A stretch of 64,000 nucleotides of DNA from Bdellovibrionales bacterium (GTDB lineage: Bacteria; Bdellovibrionota; Bdellovibrionia; Bdellovibrionales; JAUICD01), in NCBI GenBank assembly GCA_965262715.1, contig OZ253553.1:2208001-2272000 (forward strand), given 5' to 3'. The position numbers were made by a program, and so were the translations under genes. The first letter of the stretch is position 1. The number at the start of each line of letters is the position of its first letter. This document shows, in pieces, positions 41,748 to 52,059 of this stretch. The notes beneath the pieces were generated by a model, which saw nothing but the letters and a program-made list of their open reading frames with translations, had not been told where the DNA came from and did not search any database.

Positions 41748-43787
41748 GTGAAAAAACTATATTTATCAAACCCTGAAGAAGAAGTTAAGGAATTTGCGCA
41801 CAAGTATAAGTTTCTGTATTCTATTCTTGGTATTGTATTTATGATCTTTGCTTGTCGTCTTTGGTATCTACAAGTATTTCAAGGCAAAGATCTACGCCTA
41901 TGGTCAGAAAGAAATCACATTAAATTACAAAAACTAGATGCACCAAGGGGAATGATCTTAGATCGCAAAGGACGAGTTATTGTTGATAATCGACATGGTT
42001 TTGATGTGGTTATCACACCACAATATGCTAGAAAACTCAATGAAACAGCATATCAAATTGCAAAGATTCTTAATTTAGAAACTTCTTACATCATAGAAAA
42101 AGTAAAAAAATCCAGCAAAAAAAACGGGGCTTTTAAACCTATTGTTATCAAAGAGGACCTAAACCGAGATGAAGTTGCTAGAATTGAACGAATGAGAAAA
42201 CATCATCCAGGTCTAAAAATTGAGATCCGTATTAAACGCACTTATTTGATGGGAGATAATGGTGCCCAGCTCTTTGGATATGTAGGGGAGGCAACGTCTC
42301 AACAAATACAAAAAAGAAATATCCAATCTTCATCTCATCATATTTATCAAGGTGATACCACAGGAAGAAGTGGTATAGAAGCTGACTTTGACACATATCT
42401 TAGAGGTAAAAGTGGTATGAATTTTGTCCAAGTCGATGTTTCAGGAAGAGAATTCAAATCTGTAGAAGCACCACGAGTACTGAGTTTACTTGATTCTATA
42501 CAAGAACCTCAACCTGGGCATTCCCTAATCTTAACATTAGATAAACAAATTCAAGAAGTGGCCTACAATGCATTTGCTAAAACAGGACGTATAGGATCTG
42601 TTGTTGTATTAGAAAATAAAACAGGAAAAGTTTTAGCGTGGGTAAATTCTCCAAGCTTTGACCCCTCATTATTTTGGCCAAAGATAAAATCAGAGAATTG
42701 GCAAACTCTTATAAACAATCCTTTAGAACCCTTAAGAAATAAAGTCATTCAAAATCACTACCCTCCAGGGTCGACATTTAAAGTCATTCTTGCTCTTGCA
42801 GGCCTTCAGGAAGGTTTAATAGATACTCAAACAACTCATGATTGCAACGGATCATTGAAGTTAGGGCGTCGCAGATTTTATTGCGCTAAACGGCACGGAC
42901 ATGGACAGCTAAACATAGTTCAAGCTATTGAAGAATCTTGTAATGTCTTTTTTTATAAACTAGGTATGAGCTTGGGCATTGAAAAAATAGCTCAATATGG
43001 ACGCTCGTTGGGTATAGGCCAGAAAACAGGAATAGACATCACAGGCGAAGTGTCTGGCCTGATGCCTGATGCTTTTTGGAAAGAAAAAACCAAAAAAGAA
43101 CCATGGCAATTAGGAGAAACTTTAAATATTTCCATTGGACAAGGATTTTTATTAACTTCACCTCTACAATTGGCAAGTATTTTATCAGGTATTGCAAATA
43201 GCGGTCCTGTTTACAAGCCCTACATTGTAGATAAAATATTAAATGTAGAAGGACAAGCTATACACCAAACAAAGCCTCAATTACTACGAGATCCTTCAAG
43301 TGGATTCAACACAGAAGTGACTATTTCAAAGAAAAACTATCAAATTTTACAACAAGGTCTCTTTTCAGTCATACATGGAAAGAAAGGCACTGCAAGATGG
43401 TATAAAGTTCCAGGTATAAAAGCTGCTGGTAAATCAGGAACCGTACAAGTCAAGACAATGAACGCAGAACAGCTTTTTAAAAAATGTGAAGAACTACCTG
43501 TTTTACAACGCCATCATGGCTGGTTCATTGGCTATGCGCCTTTTGATCAACCAGAAATCACAATAGCTGTTTTTGCACAGAATGCTTGTTCAGGATCAAG
43601 AGGAGGAGCTCCAGTTTTTAGAGATATTGTAAAAGCTTACTTTAAAGAAAATCTCATACAAAAGAAAACTTCTCTACAGACTTCTAATAAACTGATCTTA
43701 AAAGGCAATATCACATCAAAAAAAGGCAACCTAAATAACAATCATTTATCTTTGATCAACAATAAAAACCTCAAGGTTATTCAATAG
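41748..43787 (+). CDS. mrdA: penicillin-binding protein 2
   Basis: APRGMILDR, PGSTFK (SxxK), SCN, KSGT. Confidence 0.95.
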   Translation: MKKLYLSNPEEEVKEFAHKYKFLYSILGIVFMIFACRLWYLQVFQGKDLRLWSERNHIKLQKLDAPRGMILDRKGRVIVDNRHGFDVVITPQYARKLNETAYQIAKILNLETSYIIEKVKKSSKKNGAFKPIVIKEDLNRDEVARIERMRKHHPGLKIEIRIKRTYLMGDNGAQLFGYVGEATSQQIQKRNIQSSSHHIYQGDTTGRSGIEADFDTYLRGKSGMNFVQVDVSGREFKSVEAPRVLSLLDSIQEPQPGHSLILTLDKQIQEVAYNAFAKTGRIGSVVVLENKTGKVLAWVNSPSFDPSLFWPKIKSENWQTLINNPLEPLRNKVIQNHYPPGSTFKVILALAGLQEGLIDTQTTHDCNGSLKLGRRRFYCAKRHGHGQLNIVQAIEESCNVFFYKLGMSLGIEKIAQYGRSLGIGQKTGIDITGEVSGLMPDAFWKEKTKKEPWQLGETLNISIGQGFLLTSPLQLASILSGIANSGPVYKPYIVDKILNVEGQAIHQTKPQLLRDPSSGFNTEVTISKKNYQILQQGLFSVIHGKKGTARWYKVPGIKAAGKSGTVQVKTMNAEQLFKKCEELPVLQRHHGWFIGYAPFDQPEITIAVFAQNACSGSRGGAPVFRDIVKAYFKENLIQKKTSLQTSNKLILKGNITSKKGNLNNNHLSLINNKNLKVIQ

Positions 43788-44908
43788 TGAGTCAATATTT
43801 ACAAGTAGAAAAAAAATCTTTACTTCACAAAATTGACTGGCGTTTAGTCACAGTTATTTTATTTTTAAATGTTGTTGGACTTTTGAATCTATATAGCGCG
43901 ACTCATGGAGTTCATACAATAGGTTTAAGCAGAAATTTCTTATTTCAAATAACATGTCTTTTAGGAGGATGGACTGTTTTTACTATAATCACACTCATAA
44001 ACTACAAACATTTGATACGATTTTCTTATATTTTTTACATTTTAAATCTTATAGCTTTAATATTAGTTCCTTTTATTGGTCGTTCTACATATGGTGCTAA
44101 AAGATGGATAGATCTTGGATTTTTTAGTTTTCAGCCTTCTGAAACCATGAAGGTTGCGCTGATTTTGATATTAAGCCATCTTTTAATTCATCACAGATAT
44201 ATACAACTATTAAGGTTAAAAGACTTAGCAATACCATTTTTAGTAACTATCATACCTTTCATTCTCACTCTCCGTCAGCCAGATTTAGGAACAGCTATGA
44301 TATTTTTAGCAATAACTCTTTCTATGATTTTATTTATAGGCATACAAAGACCAATTTTTATTGCATGCATTTTCATGGGCATTATAGCTATACCACTTGC
44401 TTGGAATTTTGCTTTAAAGGATTATCAAAAAGGGAGAATTTTAACCTTTTTAGATCCTTCAAGAGACCCTCAAGGTTCTGGCTACAATTCCAATCAATCG
44501 AAAATATCTATAGGCTCAGGTCAAATACTGGGCAAAGGATTTAGGCAAGGCACTCAATCACAATTAAGATTTTTGCCTGAAAGGCATACTGATTTTATAT
44601 TTAGTGTTTTAAGCGAGGAGCATGGTTTTTTAGGTAGTATGGCCACTGTCGGACTTTTTTCTCTTCTACTACTTATAGGTATAAGCATTGCCTCTACCGC
44701 TGCTGACAAAACAGGAGCACTGCTTTCTATGGGATGCGTAGCTGTTCTTTTTTGGCATATATTTGTAAACATTGGAATGGTAACAGGTTTATTGCCAATT
44801 GTTGGCATTCCTCTCCCGCTATTATCTTACGGCGGATCTAATCTTTTACTCACCATGTTCACTCTCGGCCTCATATCAAGTGTAGCGGTGAATAAGAATC
44901 TATTTTAG
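43787..44908 (+). CDS. rodA: rod shape-determining protein RodA
   Basis: GAKRWI, FQPSE, QPDLGTA, LPERHTDFIF, PLLSYGGS. Confidence 0.96.
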   Translation: MSQYLQVEKKSLLHKIDWRLVTVILFLNVVGLLNLYSATHGVHTIGLSRNFLFQITCLLGGWTVFTIITLINYKHLIRFSYIFYILNLIALILVPFIGRSTYGAKRWIDLGFFSFQPSETMKVALILILSHLLIHHRYIQLLRLKDLAIPFLVTIIPFILTLRQPDLGTAMIFLAITLSMILFIGIQRPIFIACIFMGIIAIPLAWNFALKDYQKGRILTFLDPSRDPQGSGYNSNQSKISIGSGQILGKGFRQGTQSQLRFLPERHTDFIFSVLSEEHGFLGSMATVGLFSLLLLIGISIASTAADKTGALLSMGCVAVLFWHIFVNIGMVTGLLPIVGIPLPLLSYGGSNLLLTMFTLGLISSVAVNKNLF

Positions 44909-44914
44909 TGAAAC

Positions 44915-45065
44915 GATTTCCTTAACATTTTATTAAAAGACGAACAGAGTCTCCTTACTAAAAATAAACGGGTTTTTGAGGCAGTTAGCACTTTCTTGAA
45001 GACGTAAGTCTTCAGGCTAACTGTCCAAAAATGACCAGAGGTCAGTTTATTTTTAGGGAAACAGC
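44915..45065 (-). repeat. module-A palindromic element flanked by 32-bp direct repeats
   Basis: tagcggtgaataagaatctattttagtgaaac at 44883-44914 and 45066-45097. Confidence 0.9.
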
Positions 45066-45130
45066 TAGCGGTGAATAAGAATCTATTTTAGTGAAACAGA
45101 TAATTTACCTAAGTTACACCATTAAACTAT

Positions 45131-45196
45131 TTCCGGCCTCCGGGAACTGTTGCCGATACAGTCTCCCGGACTGCCCGACTGCCTGATTGCCCGATG
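45131..45196. repeat. GC-rich short-period repeat (family C)
   Basis: ccgggaactgttgccg...cccggactgcccgactgcctgattgcccgat. Confidence 0.55.
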
Positions 45197-45374
45197 CAAG
45201 GACCTTATTTTGTCTCCTATTTAAGTCTGTTTTACAAAAAAAGTCACCTTCAAAGATTCTTATCTATTTCAATTATCTTTAAAGTTCAAAACAAATATCT
45301 TAAAACACCTGTTTTTACAATAGACACAAGATAACCCTTTCTAAATAAGATATATGTTTTGCTCTTCATTTATG

Positions 45375-45390
45375 TGGCACGACTTTTGCT
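45375..45390 (+). promoter_or_regulatory. sigma54 promoter
   Basis: TGGCAC-GACTT-TTGCT, near-perfect consensus. Confidence 0.75.
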
Positions 45391-45445
45391 TCTTTATTCC
45401 TTGAATTAAATAATTTTTTATAACTATATTTTAGGAGATATTAAT

Positions 45446-46771
45446 ATGCGCAATTTAACTTATTTATTAACAGGAACACTTTTATTCACATCTATAATAG
45501 TAGGATGTAAAAAAGATAAATCACCTTCTTCATCCAATCCTACAGGCAATCAAAATTCTAATATAGAAAATATATCTAATACAGAAGATCACTATGCCTT
45601 AACAGATTCAGGTTCTACCTCAATAACTGATGTAGATACAAATGAAAACAGACATAATCTTTCTATAAAAAAATGGGGATTTCAAGTTAATGATGAAAGC
45701 AGTGTTACAGCTATAAGTTATGGAGAAGATGTCTTTACACTTGAAAGATTTATGACAACACCTAATGAAGAACTTATATTAATTTCAGCTAATAACATAA
45801 CAAATAACAGTATCTCTATTCTCAAACTCACCCACAAATCAGAAGATAATGATACTCTTATAGGTCAAGTTCAAACAGTAACTCATCCTAATGTTGTTCA
45901 AGAAATAAGAGCTTTTATTAATGATCCTACAGAAAACATCATCTTAGACAGCTATACAGAAGCAGGAACTTTTGAAGATGCTATTTTCAATATCAGTTTT
46001 TATCAAGCTTCATATACTATGAAGGATGATTTTTTCTTCCCTAATCCATTGTCTGCAAATTTTACACACAGACAAAGGATGGCATATCTCATGATTGCAA
46101 ACACTACAGTTGCTAACAATAGATATGTTGATGCAAATATAGTTATTGCATCTACTCCTGCACCTAAGTTTCCTGTGCCCGTAAATGCCATGAGACATGA
46201 AGAGCCTTTAAATCTTTCTTTCCAGCAATCCCAGGAAGACTTCTCGGTAAACACTCCAACTACAGCTCTGATGGAAGGACTAAATATTGAAGAATATAAT
46301 ACTCTTGATATGGATGTTAATACAGTTTTTAACAATCAATCAATTGTATTTACTTTCAATCGATACTTACAGATTTATAATAGAGAGACACAGTTTCAAG
46401 TAGAAATCACTTCAGATATGAAACCACTTCATTTCTCAGTATCACTTTCGAATGTGGCTAGAAGAACTTGGTTACGCATTCAAGAATTTATGCAGTCAGA
46501 TCAAATTCAAGCAGCTTTATCAACAACTCAAGATGCAGCAGCACACTCTCTTGAAAAGAGTCAAGAATTTATGCAGTCAGATGCATTTCAAACAGCCGTA
46601 TCAAAAGTTAAAGAAGGAGCATCGCAATACGCTATGATCAAAATAGGACAACTTATGCAACCACCGACACCCTTATTCTCTCTTGAAGATGAAAATACAG
46701 ATAACTCACCAAACAATGAGCACAATCAAAATCAAGATGTTCCATATATAACCATAAGACTTGACGAATAA
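45446..46771 (+). CDS. lipoprotein, paralogue 1 of a tandem family
   Basis: Lipobox IVGC; AGGAGA RBS; first 239 bp identical to 47988..48226. Confidence 0.85.
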   Translation: MRNLTYLLTGTLLFTSIIVGCKKDKSPSSSNPTGNQNSNIENISNTEDHYALTDSGSTSITDVDTNENRHNLSIKKWGFQVNDESSVTAISYGEDVFTLERFMTTPNEELILISANNITNNSISILKLTHKSEDNDTLIGQVQTVTHPNVVQEIRAFINDPTENIILDSYTEAGTFEDAIFNISFYQASYTMKDDFFFPNPLSANFTHRQRMAYLMIANTTVANNRYVDANIVIASTPAPKFPVPVNAMRHEEPLNLSFQQSQEDFSVNTPTTALMEGLNIEEYNTLDMDVNTVFNNQSIVFTFNRYLQIYNRETQFQVEITSDMKPLHFSVSLSNVARRTWLRIQEFMQSDQIQAALSTTQDAAAHSLEKSQEFMQSDAFQTAVSKVKEGASQYAMIKIGQLMQPPTPLFSLEDENTDNSPNNEHNQNQDVPYITIRLDE

Positions 46772-46797
46772 ATATAGTTCATAACTACTTAAGCCTC

Positions 46798-46968
46798 TTT
46801 CCGGAATCAGGTAATCAGGTAAGCTGATTCCCAGACTGCCCGACTGCCAGAAGCTTTTTAGTGAAACGATTTCCTTAACATGATATTTTCCGGGATTCCG
46901 ACAAACTGTGTCAGGTAACTGTTGCCGGATACCGTTTCCCGGACTGCCAGTTTGCCATATCCCGGAAT
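46798..46968. repeat. GC-rich family C repeat containing a module-A end fragment (46855-46885)
   Basis: cccagactgcccgactgcc; ttttagtgaaacgatttccttaaca; ggtaactgttgccgg; cccggactgcc. Confidence 0.6.
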
Positions 46969-47034
46969 AAAGAGGGTTTAAGTTGTCTTGAATCTTATTT
47001 AATAAAGACATATTTTTGTCCTTTTTTAAACATA

Positions 47035-47378
47035 AGAGAGGATTGCCTACAGGACATGTTACTCAAGATAATCCTCCTACTCCACCATCAATTGATAGAG
47101 CAGAAGATCAAATACAACCTCTGGTTTCAACATCTCCTCAGCAAGCTCTACGTGAGTTTGAAGAGCACAATGCACATGTGCCTAGTATTCCTAAGATTTG
47201 CTGAAGAAATGACAGTCATCTCACCTGAAGACCCAGACTTTACAGGCATTGAAAAGTGACAGTCACCCCATCTAATAATTGTGGTGCAATATATGCACAA
47301 GAAGGGTTAGCTGACAATTATAGAAACTGTGCAAGAGCTGTTATAGAAATAGGATCAGAAGATTTTACTACAAATTAA
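47035..47378 (+). pseudogene. orphan frameshifted copy of the lipoprotein C-terminal cassette
   Basis: RGLPTGHVTQDNPPTPPSIDRAEDQIQPLV...NCARAVIEIGSEDFTTN*, homologous to about 49735-50137. Confidence 0.8.
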
Positions 47379-47410
47379 AATATAATATGTAGCTCTCTTC
47401 GGAGAGGTAT

Positions 47411-47733
47411 CTGCCTTACTAAAAATGAACATGATTTTGAGACAATTAGCATTTTCTTGAAGACTTAGGCTTTTCAGACTAACTGGTAAATAACAACACT
47501 TTCCTTAACATTGTGTTAAAAAACGAGGGGAGCCTCCCTCCTAAAAATAAACAGGTTTTTGAGGTAGTTAGCATTTTCTTGAAGATGCAAGTCTTCAGGC
47601 TAATTAGATACATTTAAAGAGTCTATCATCTATAAATTAGACACCTGTAATCTTTAAAAATCTCAGTGAGACAAGCCTTAACGCTTGTCTATTCCAAAAA
47701 TGACCAGAGGTCAGTTTATTTTGAGTGAAACAG
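47411..47733 (-). repeat. module-A element copies (one partial, one interrupted)
   Basis: ttccttaaca...ctaaaaataaacagg...gttagcattttcttgaaga...ttcaggctaa and terminal ccagaggtcagtttattttgagtgaaacag. Confidence 0.8.
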
Positions 47734-47907
47734 AAGAACATATTTTGTCTTCTACTGAAAGCTATTTGACAAAAAAAGTCACTTTAAAGCTGTCTATCTA
47801 CTTCAGAAATCTTTAGAATTCAAAACAAATGCCTTAAAGTGGCCGTTTTACAATAGATACAAGATGATTTTCTCTAAATAAAATAAATACTTTATCTTTT
47901 ATTTATA

Positions 47908-47923
47908 TGGCACAATTTTTGCT
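47908..47923 (+). promoter_or_regulatory. sigma54 promoter
   Basis: TGGCAC-AATTT-TTGCT. Confidence 0.75.
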
Positions 47924-47987
47924 CTTTTATATTTAAAATCAAATTTAATTTAAACAATTTTATAAAATATAATCAGGAGAATTTATT

Positions 47988-49919
47988 ATGCGCAATTTAA
48001 CTTATTTATTAACAGGAACACTTTTATTCACATCTATAATAGTAGGATGTAAAAAAGATAAATCACCTTCTTCATCCAATCCTACAGGCAATCAAAATTC
48101 TAATATAGAAAATATATCTAATACAGAAGATCACTATGCCTTAACAGATTCAGGTTCTACCTCAATAACTGATGTAGATACAAATGAAAACAGACATAAT
48201 CTTTCTATAAAAAAATGGGGATTTCAGCTTAATGCAGATAATACAGTTACAGCTTTAAGTTATGGAACAGACATTTTCACTCTTCAAAAAGCTATGAAGA
48301 CCTCTGATGAATATCCTATACTCATTTCAAATAATGCTTTAACAAGTAACAGCATCTCTATTCTTAAATTCATTTACAAATCAGAACATGAGGATATTCT
48401 TATAGGTCAAATGCAAACAGTAACTCATCCTGATGTCATTCAAGAAATAAGAGACTTCATTAATGGTGTTGATGAAGATGATACTTTAAATAGCTATACA
48501 GAACTAGAAAATTCTGAAAAAGTTGATTTTAATATAAGCTTCTATAAAGCTTCATATACTGTTGAGCATTCATTTTCTTTTTTCTCATCAGCCAATGTTT
48601 CTTTTAGAAACAGAAACCCCCAAGCTTATATGATGATTGCAGATACTGCAGTTGGAGAAGAAAGACAAGTTGGCGTAAATATAGCCCTCGTATCTAACTC
48701 TAACCCTTCAACTATTGCATATCAAGAACCTTTACATCTCTCTTTCCAGCAACCTTATGCAGCTTTATCAACAAACTCTAATACTACAGGTTTTATAGAA
48801 GGATTAAATATTGAAGGACTGGACCCTCTTACTATGAATGTTGCTACAACTACTACTGACCCCATCTCATTTTCTTTCAGTCAAACTCTATCTGTTAATG
48901 ATCAAGAGAAAGAACTTCAAATAACAGTCACTTCAGACATGGAACCACTTTACTTTGAAACACCTGTTCTAAATCAACTTTCAAGAGCTTTTACAAACAC
49001 TTTAGAAGTTGCTGAAGACATTCTCTATTCAGATACAGCTCAAAACACATTAATAACTGCATTAACATATAGAGCAAGACTTCGCAACTGGGTGGAATCA
49101 AAGTTTTTTCCTGAAAATGAAGCAAGCCTTATGCAACGACTAGGATCACGGGTAGGATCATTGTTTTCTGGAAGTGAGAATACAGAAGAAGAATATAAAC
49201 AGAATGCAGAAAATGTAAAAAGTTTTTCTCGGGATGACATTTATACAAGAGGATTGCCTACAGGACAAGTCACTCAAGATAACAATCCCACTTCACAACA
49301 AGTTGATAGTGAAAATGAAACAGGCTTTATACAATGGGCAAGATCATTGTTTTCTGGAAGTGAGAATACAGAAGAAGAATATAAACAGAATGCAGAAAAT
49401 GTAAAAAGTTTTTCTCGGGATGACATTTATACAAGAGGACTGCCTACAGGACAAGTCACTCAAGATAACAATCCCACTTCACAACAAGTTGATAGTGAAA
49501 ATGAAACAGGCTTTATACAATCAATAAGCTCGTTTTTCTCTTCTGAAAATGATACCACAGAGGCTGTACAAGAAATTGATTGGAACGAAGTTTATCAAAC
49601 TTCACAACGGGTTGATAATGAAGCAGGCTTTATACAATGGGCAAGATCATTGTTTTCTGGAAGTGAGAATACAGAAGAAGAATATAAACAGAATGCAGAA
49701 AATGTAAAAAGTTTTTCTCGGGATGACATTTATACAAGAGGACTGCCTACAGGACAGGTTACTCAAGATAATACTCCTACTCCACCATCAATTGATAGAG
49801 CAGAAGATCAAATACAACCTCTAGTTTCAACATCTCCTCAGCAAGCTCTACGTGAATTTGAAGAGCGCAATGCACATGCACCTAGTATTCCGATTCTAAG
49901 GTTTGTTGAAGAAATGTGA
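47988..49919 (+). CDS. lipoprotein, paralogue 2, with 62-aa internal repeats; ancestral frame probably continued to 50137
   Basis: Lipobox IVGC; extra tg near 49916 (gaaatgtgaca versus gaaatgaca near 47207) separates the 49916..50137 tail. Confidence 0.85.
   Translation: MRNLTYLLTGTLLFTSIIVGCKKDKSPSSSNPTGNQNSNIENISNTEDHYALTDSGSTSITDVDTNENRHNLSIKKWGFQLNADNTVTALSYGTDIFTLQKAMKTSDEYPILISNNALTSNSISILKFIYKSEHEDILIGQMQTVTHPDVIQEIRDFINGVDEDDTLNSYTELENSEKVDFNISFYKASYTVEHSFSFFSSANVSFRNRNPQAYMMIADTAVGEERQVGVNIALVSNSNPSTIAYQEPLHLSFQQPYAALSTNSNTTGFIEGLNIEGLDPLTMNVATTTTDPISFSFSQTLSVNDQEKELQITVTSDMEPLYFETPVLNQLSRAFTNTLEVAEDILYSDTAQNTLITALTYRARLRNWVESKFFPENEASLMQRLGSRVGSLFSGSENTEEEYKQNAENVKSFSRDDIYTRGLPTGQVTQDNNPTSQQVDSENETGFIQWARSLFSGSENTEEEYKQNAENVKSFSRDDIYTRGLPTGQVTQDNNPTSQQVDSENETGFIQSISSFFSSENDTTEAVQEIDWNEVYQTSQRVDNEAGFIQWARSLFSGSENTEEEYKQNAENVKSFSRDDIYTRGLPTGQVTQDNTPTPPSIDRAEDQIQPLVSTSPQQALREFEERNAHAPSIPILRFVEEM
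49156..49771 (+). repeat. 186-bp intragenic repeat (two tandem copies plus a partial third)
   Basis: Unit starts at 49156, 49342 and 49645 (SLFSGSENTEEEYKQNAENVKSFSRDDIYTRGLPTGQVTQDN). Confidence 0.92.
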
Positions 49920-50152
49920 CAATCATCTCACCTGAAGACCCAGACTTTGCAGGCATTGAACAAGTGACGGTCATCGCACCTGAAGGGCCAGCTTTCTCAG
50001 GCCTTGTTGAACAAGTGACAGTCACCCCATCTAATAATTGTGATGCAATATATGCACAAGAAGGGTTAACTGACAATTATAGAAGCTGTGCAAGAGCTGC
50101 TATAGAAATAGGATCAGAAGATTTTACAACAAATTAAAATAGAACATAATAT

Positions 50153-50184
50153 GTACCTCTCTTCTAAAAAGAGAGGTGCTTTTT
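50153..50184 (+). terminator. rho-independent terminator after the 50137 tail
   Basis: gtacctctctt-ctaa-aaagagaggtgc followed by a T run. Confidence 0.65.
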
Positions 50185-50387
50185 AAGCTTCTATACTTAT
50201 TCATTCATCTTACTTATGCAATTTTTATAACTTTAAGAAACTTGTTGTTTATTGATTTATCTAAGTTAAAACTTACTTGATGGCCATCTTTCGGAATCCA
50301 AAAGTCCAAGAGATTGAAAATCTGGCAGTCTGCTTATTTTGAACTTTTCCCTAATTTTTTCTCCCAACAAAAGATAAATAAAAAGTT

Positions 50388-50442
50388 GTATCCCTAAAAA
50401 TGAACCACTCTCGACAAGCCTGTTTATTTTGAGTGATACAGC
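50388..50442. repeat. internally deleted module-A remnant
   Basis: tgtatccctaaaaatgaac...gtttattttgagtgataca terminal inverted repeat. Confidence 0.65.
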
Positions 50443-50687
50443 TTACCTTGTCTGCCCAACTCCAAGACACTAGATAAATATAGTTTTCTAAAACGAGGAC
50501 ATCTTATTTATTAAGAAAACATATTTTGTCTCTTACTAAAAGCTATTCGACAAAAAAAGTCACTTTCAAAAGTTTTATCTATTTCAATTATCTTTGAAAA
50601 CTAAAACAAGTGCCTTAAAATGGCTGTTTTACAATAGATACAAGATGATTTTCTCTAAATAAATATAAATCCTACTTCTTATTTATA

Positions 50688-50703
50688 TGGCATAATTTTT
50701 GCT
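50688..50703 (+). promoter_or_regulatory. sigma54 promoter
   Basis: TGGCAT-AATTT-TTGCT. Confidence 0.7.
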
Positions 50704-50769
50704 CTTTTATATTTAAACATATATATAATTTAAATAACTTTATAAGAAATAGAATCAGGAGAGATTAAT

Positions 50770-52059
50770 ATGCGTAGCTTAACTTATTTATTAACAGGAA
50801 CACTTTTATTCACCTCTATAATAATAGGATGTAATGAAAATCAATCACCTTCTTCACCCAGTCCTACAAGTGACCAAGAATCACCTCAGACAGAAAATAG
50901 TCCTGATACAAGTACTCAGCCTGTTTTAGTAGGAGCAGGTTCTACCTCAGTAAATACAGATCCAAACACAACTCTACCGAACTCATCTATAAAAAAATGG
51001 GGGTTTCAGTTTAATGCAAGTAATGAACTTACAGCTTTTAGCTATGGAACAAATACTTTCACTTTTGAAAGAGTTATGATGACATCTGATTATCCTATAC
51101 TCATTTCAAATAATGCTTTAACAAACGACAGTATCTCTATTCTCCACTTCACTCACAACCCAGAAGATAAAGATGTTCTTATAGGTCAAATTCAAATTGT
51201 AACTCATCCTGATGTTATTCAAGAAATAAGAGACTTTATTAATGGTGCTGGAGAAGACAATACTCTAGATAGCTATACAGAAGTAGAAACCTCTGAAAAA
51301 GTTGATTTTAATATAAGCTTCTATAAAACTTCTTATACTGTTGAACATCAATTTCCTTTTATATCATCAGGCAACATCTCTTTTACAAACAGAAAAAAAC
51401 AAGCTTATATGATGATTGCAGACACTGTAGTTGAAGGAGAAAGACAGGCTGGTGTAAATATAGCCATCGTATCTAACTCTAACCCTTCAACTATTGCATA
51501 TCAAGAACCTTTACATCTCTCTTTCCAGCAACCTTATGGAGCTTTTTCAACAAACTCTAACACTACAGGCTTGATAGAAGGACTAAATATTGAAGGGCTG
51601 GACCCTCTTATTACTATGAATGTTGACACAACTACTGAATCTCTCCCCTTCTCATTTTCTTTCAGTCAAACTCTACATATCAATGATCAAGATATAGAGC
51701 TCCAAATAGAAGTTACTTCAGACATGGAACCACTTCATTTTGAAGCAGGTTTATTAAGTACCCTTAGAAGAGCTGGATCAGACTTTATACAATCGATAGG
51801 ATCATTTTTCTCTTCTGAACAGGACACTCAAGATAATACTCCTACTCCACCATCAATTGATAGAGCAGAAGATCAAATACAACCTCTAGTTCAAACACCT
51901 CCACAGCAGGCTTTGCGCGAATTCGAACAACGCAGTGCACATGAAGCTGAACAGCAGGCTATACTCGAACTTGAGCAACGCAACGCACGCGAATCTGAAC
52001 AACTAAATATTCCAATTCTAAGGTTTTCCGAAGGAATAACAGTATATCCAGCTAACTAA
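50770..52059 (+). CDS. lipoprotein, paralogue 3
   Basis: Lipobox IIGC; central domain close to paralogue 2; decayed tail copy at about 52060-52152. Confidence 0.85.
   Translation: MRSLTYLLTGTLLFTSIIIGCNENQSPSSPSPTSDQESPQTENSPDTSTQPVLVGAGSTSVNTDPNTTLPNSSIKKWGFQFNASNELTAFSYGTNTFTFERVMMTSDYPILISNNALTNDSISILHFTHNPEDKDVLIGQIQIVTHPDVIQEIRDFINGAGEDNTLDSYTEVETSEKVDFNISFYKTSYTVEHQFPFISSGNISFTNRKKQAYMMIADTVVEGERQAGVNIAIVSNSNPSTIAYQEPLHLSFQQPYGAFSTNSNTTGLIEGLNIEGLDPLITMNVDTTTESLPFSFSFSQTLHINDQDIELQIEVTSDMEPLHFEAGLLSTLRRAGSDFIQSIGSFFSSEQDTQDNTPTPPSIDRAEDQIQPLVQTPPQQALREFEQRSAHEAEQQAILELEQRNARESEQLNIPILRFSEGITVYPAN

Noticed and set aside
37042..44808. Short antisense and alternate-frame ORFs within the fts/mre/mrd genes
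   Set aside because: Shadows of well-supported conserved genes
46706..47011. 101-aa minus-strand ORF
   Set aside because: Runs through family C repeat DNA and overlaps the lipoprotein end; likely spurious
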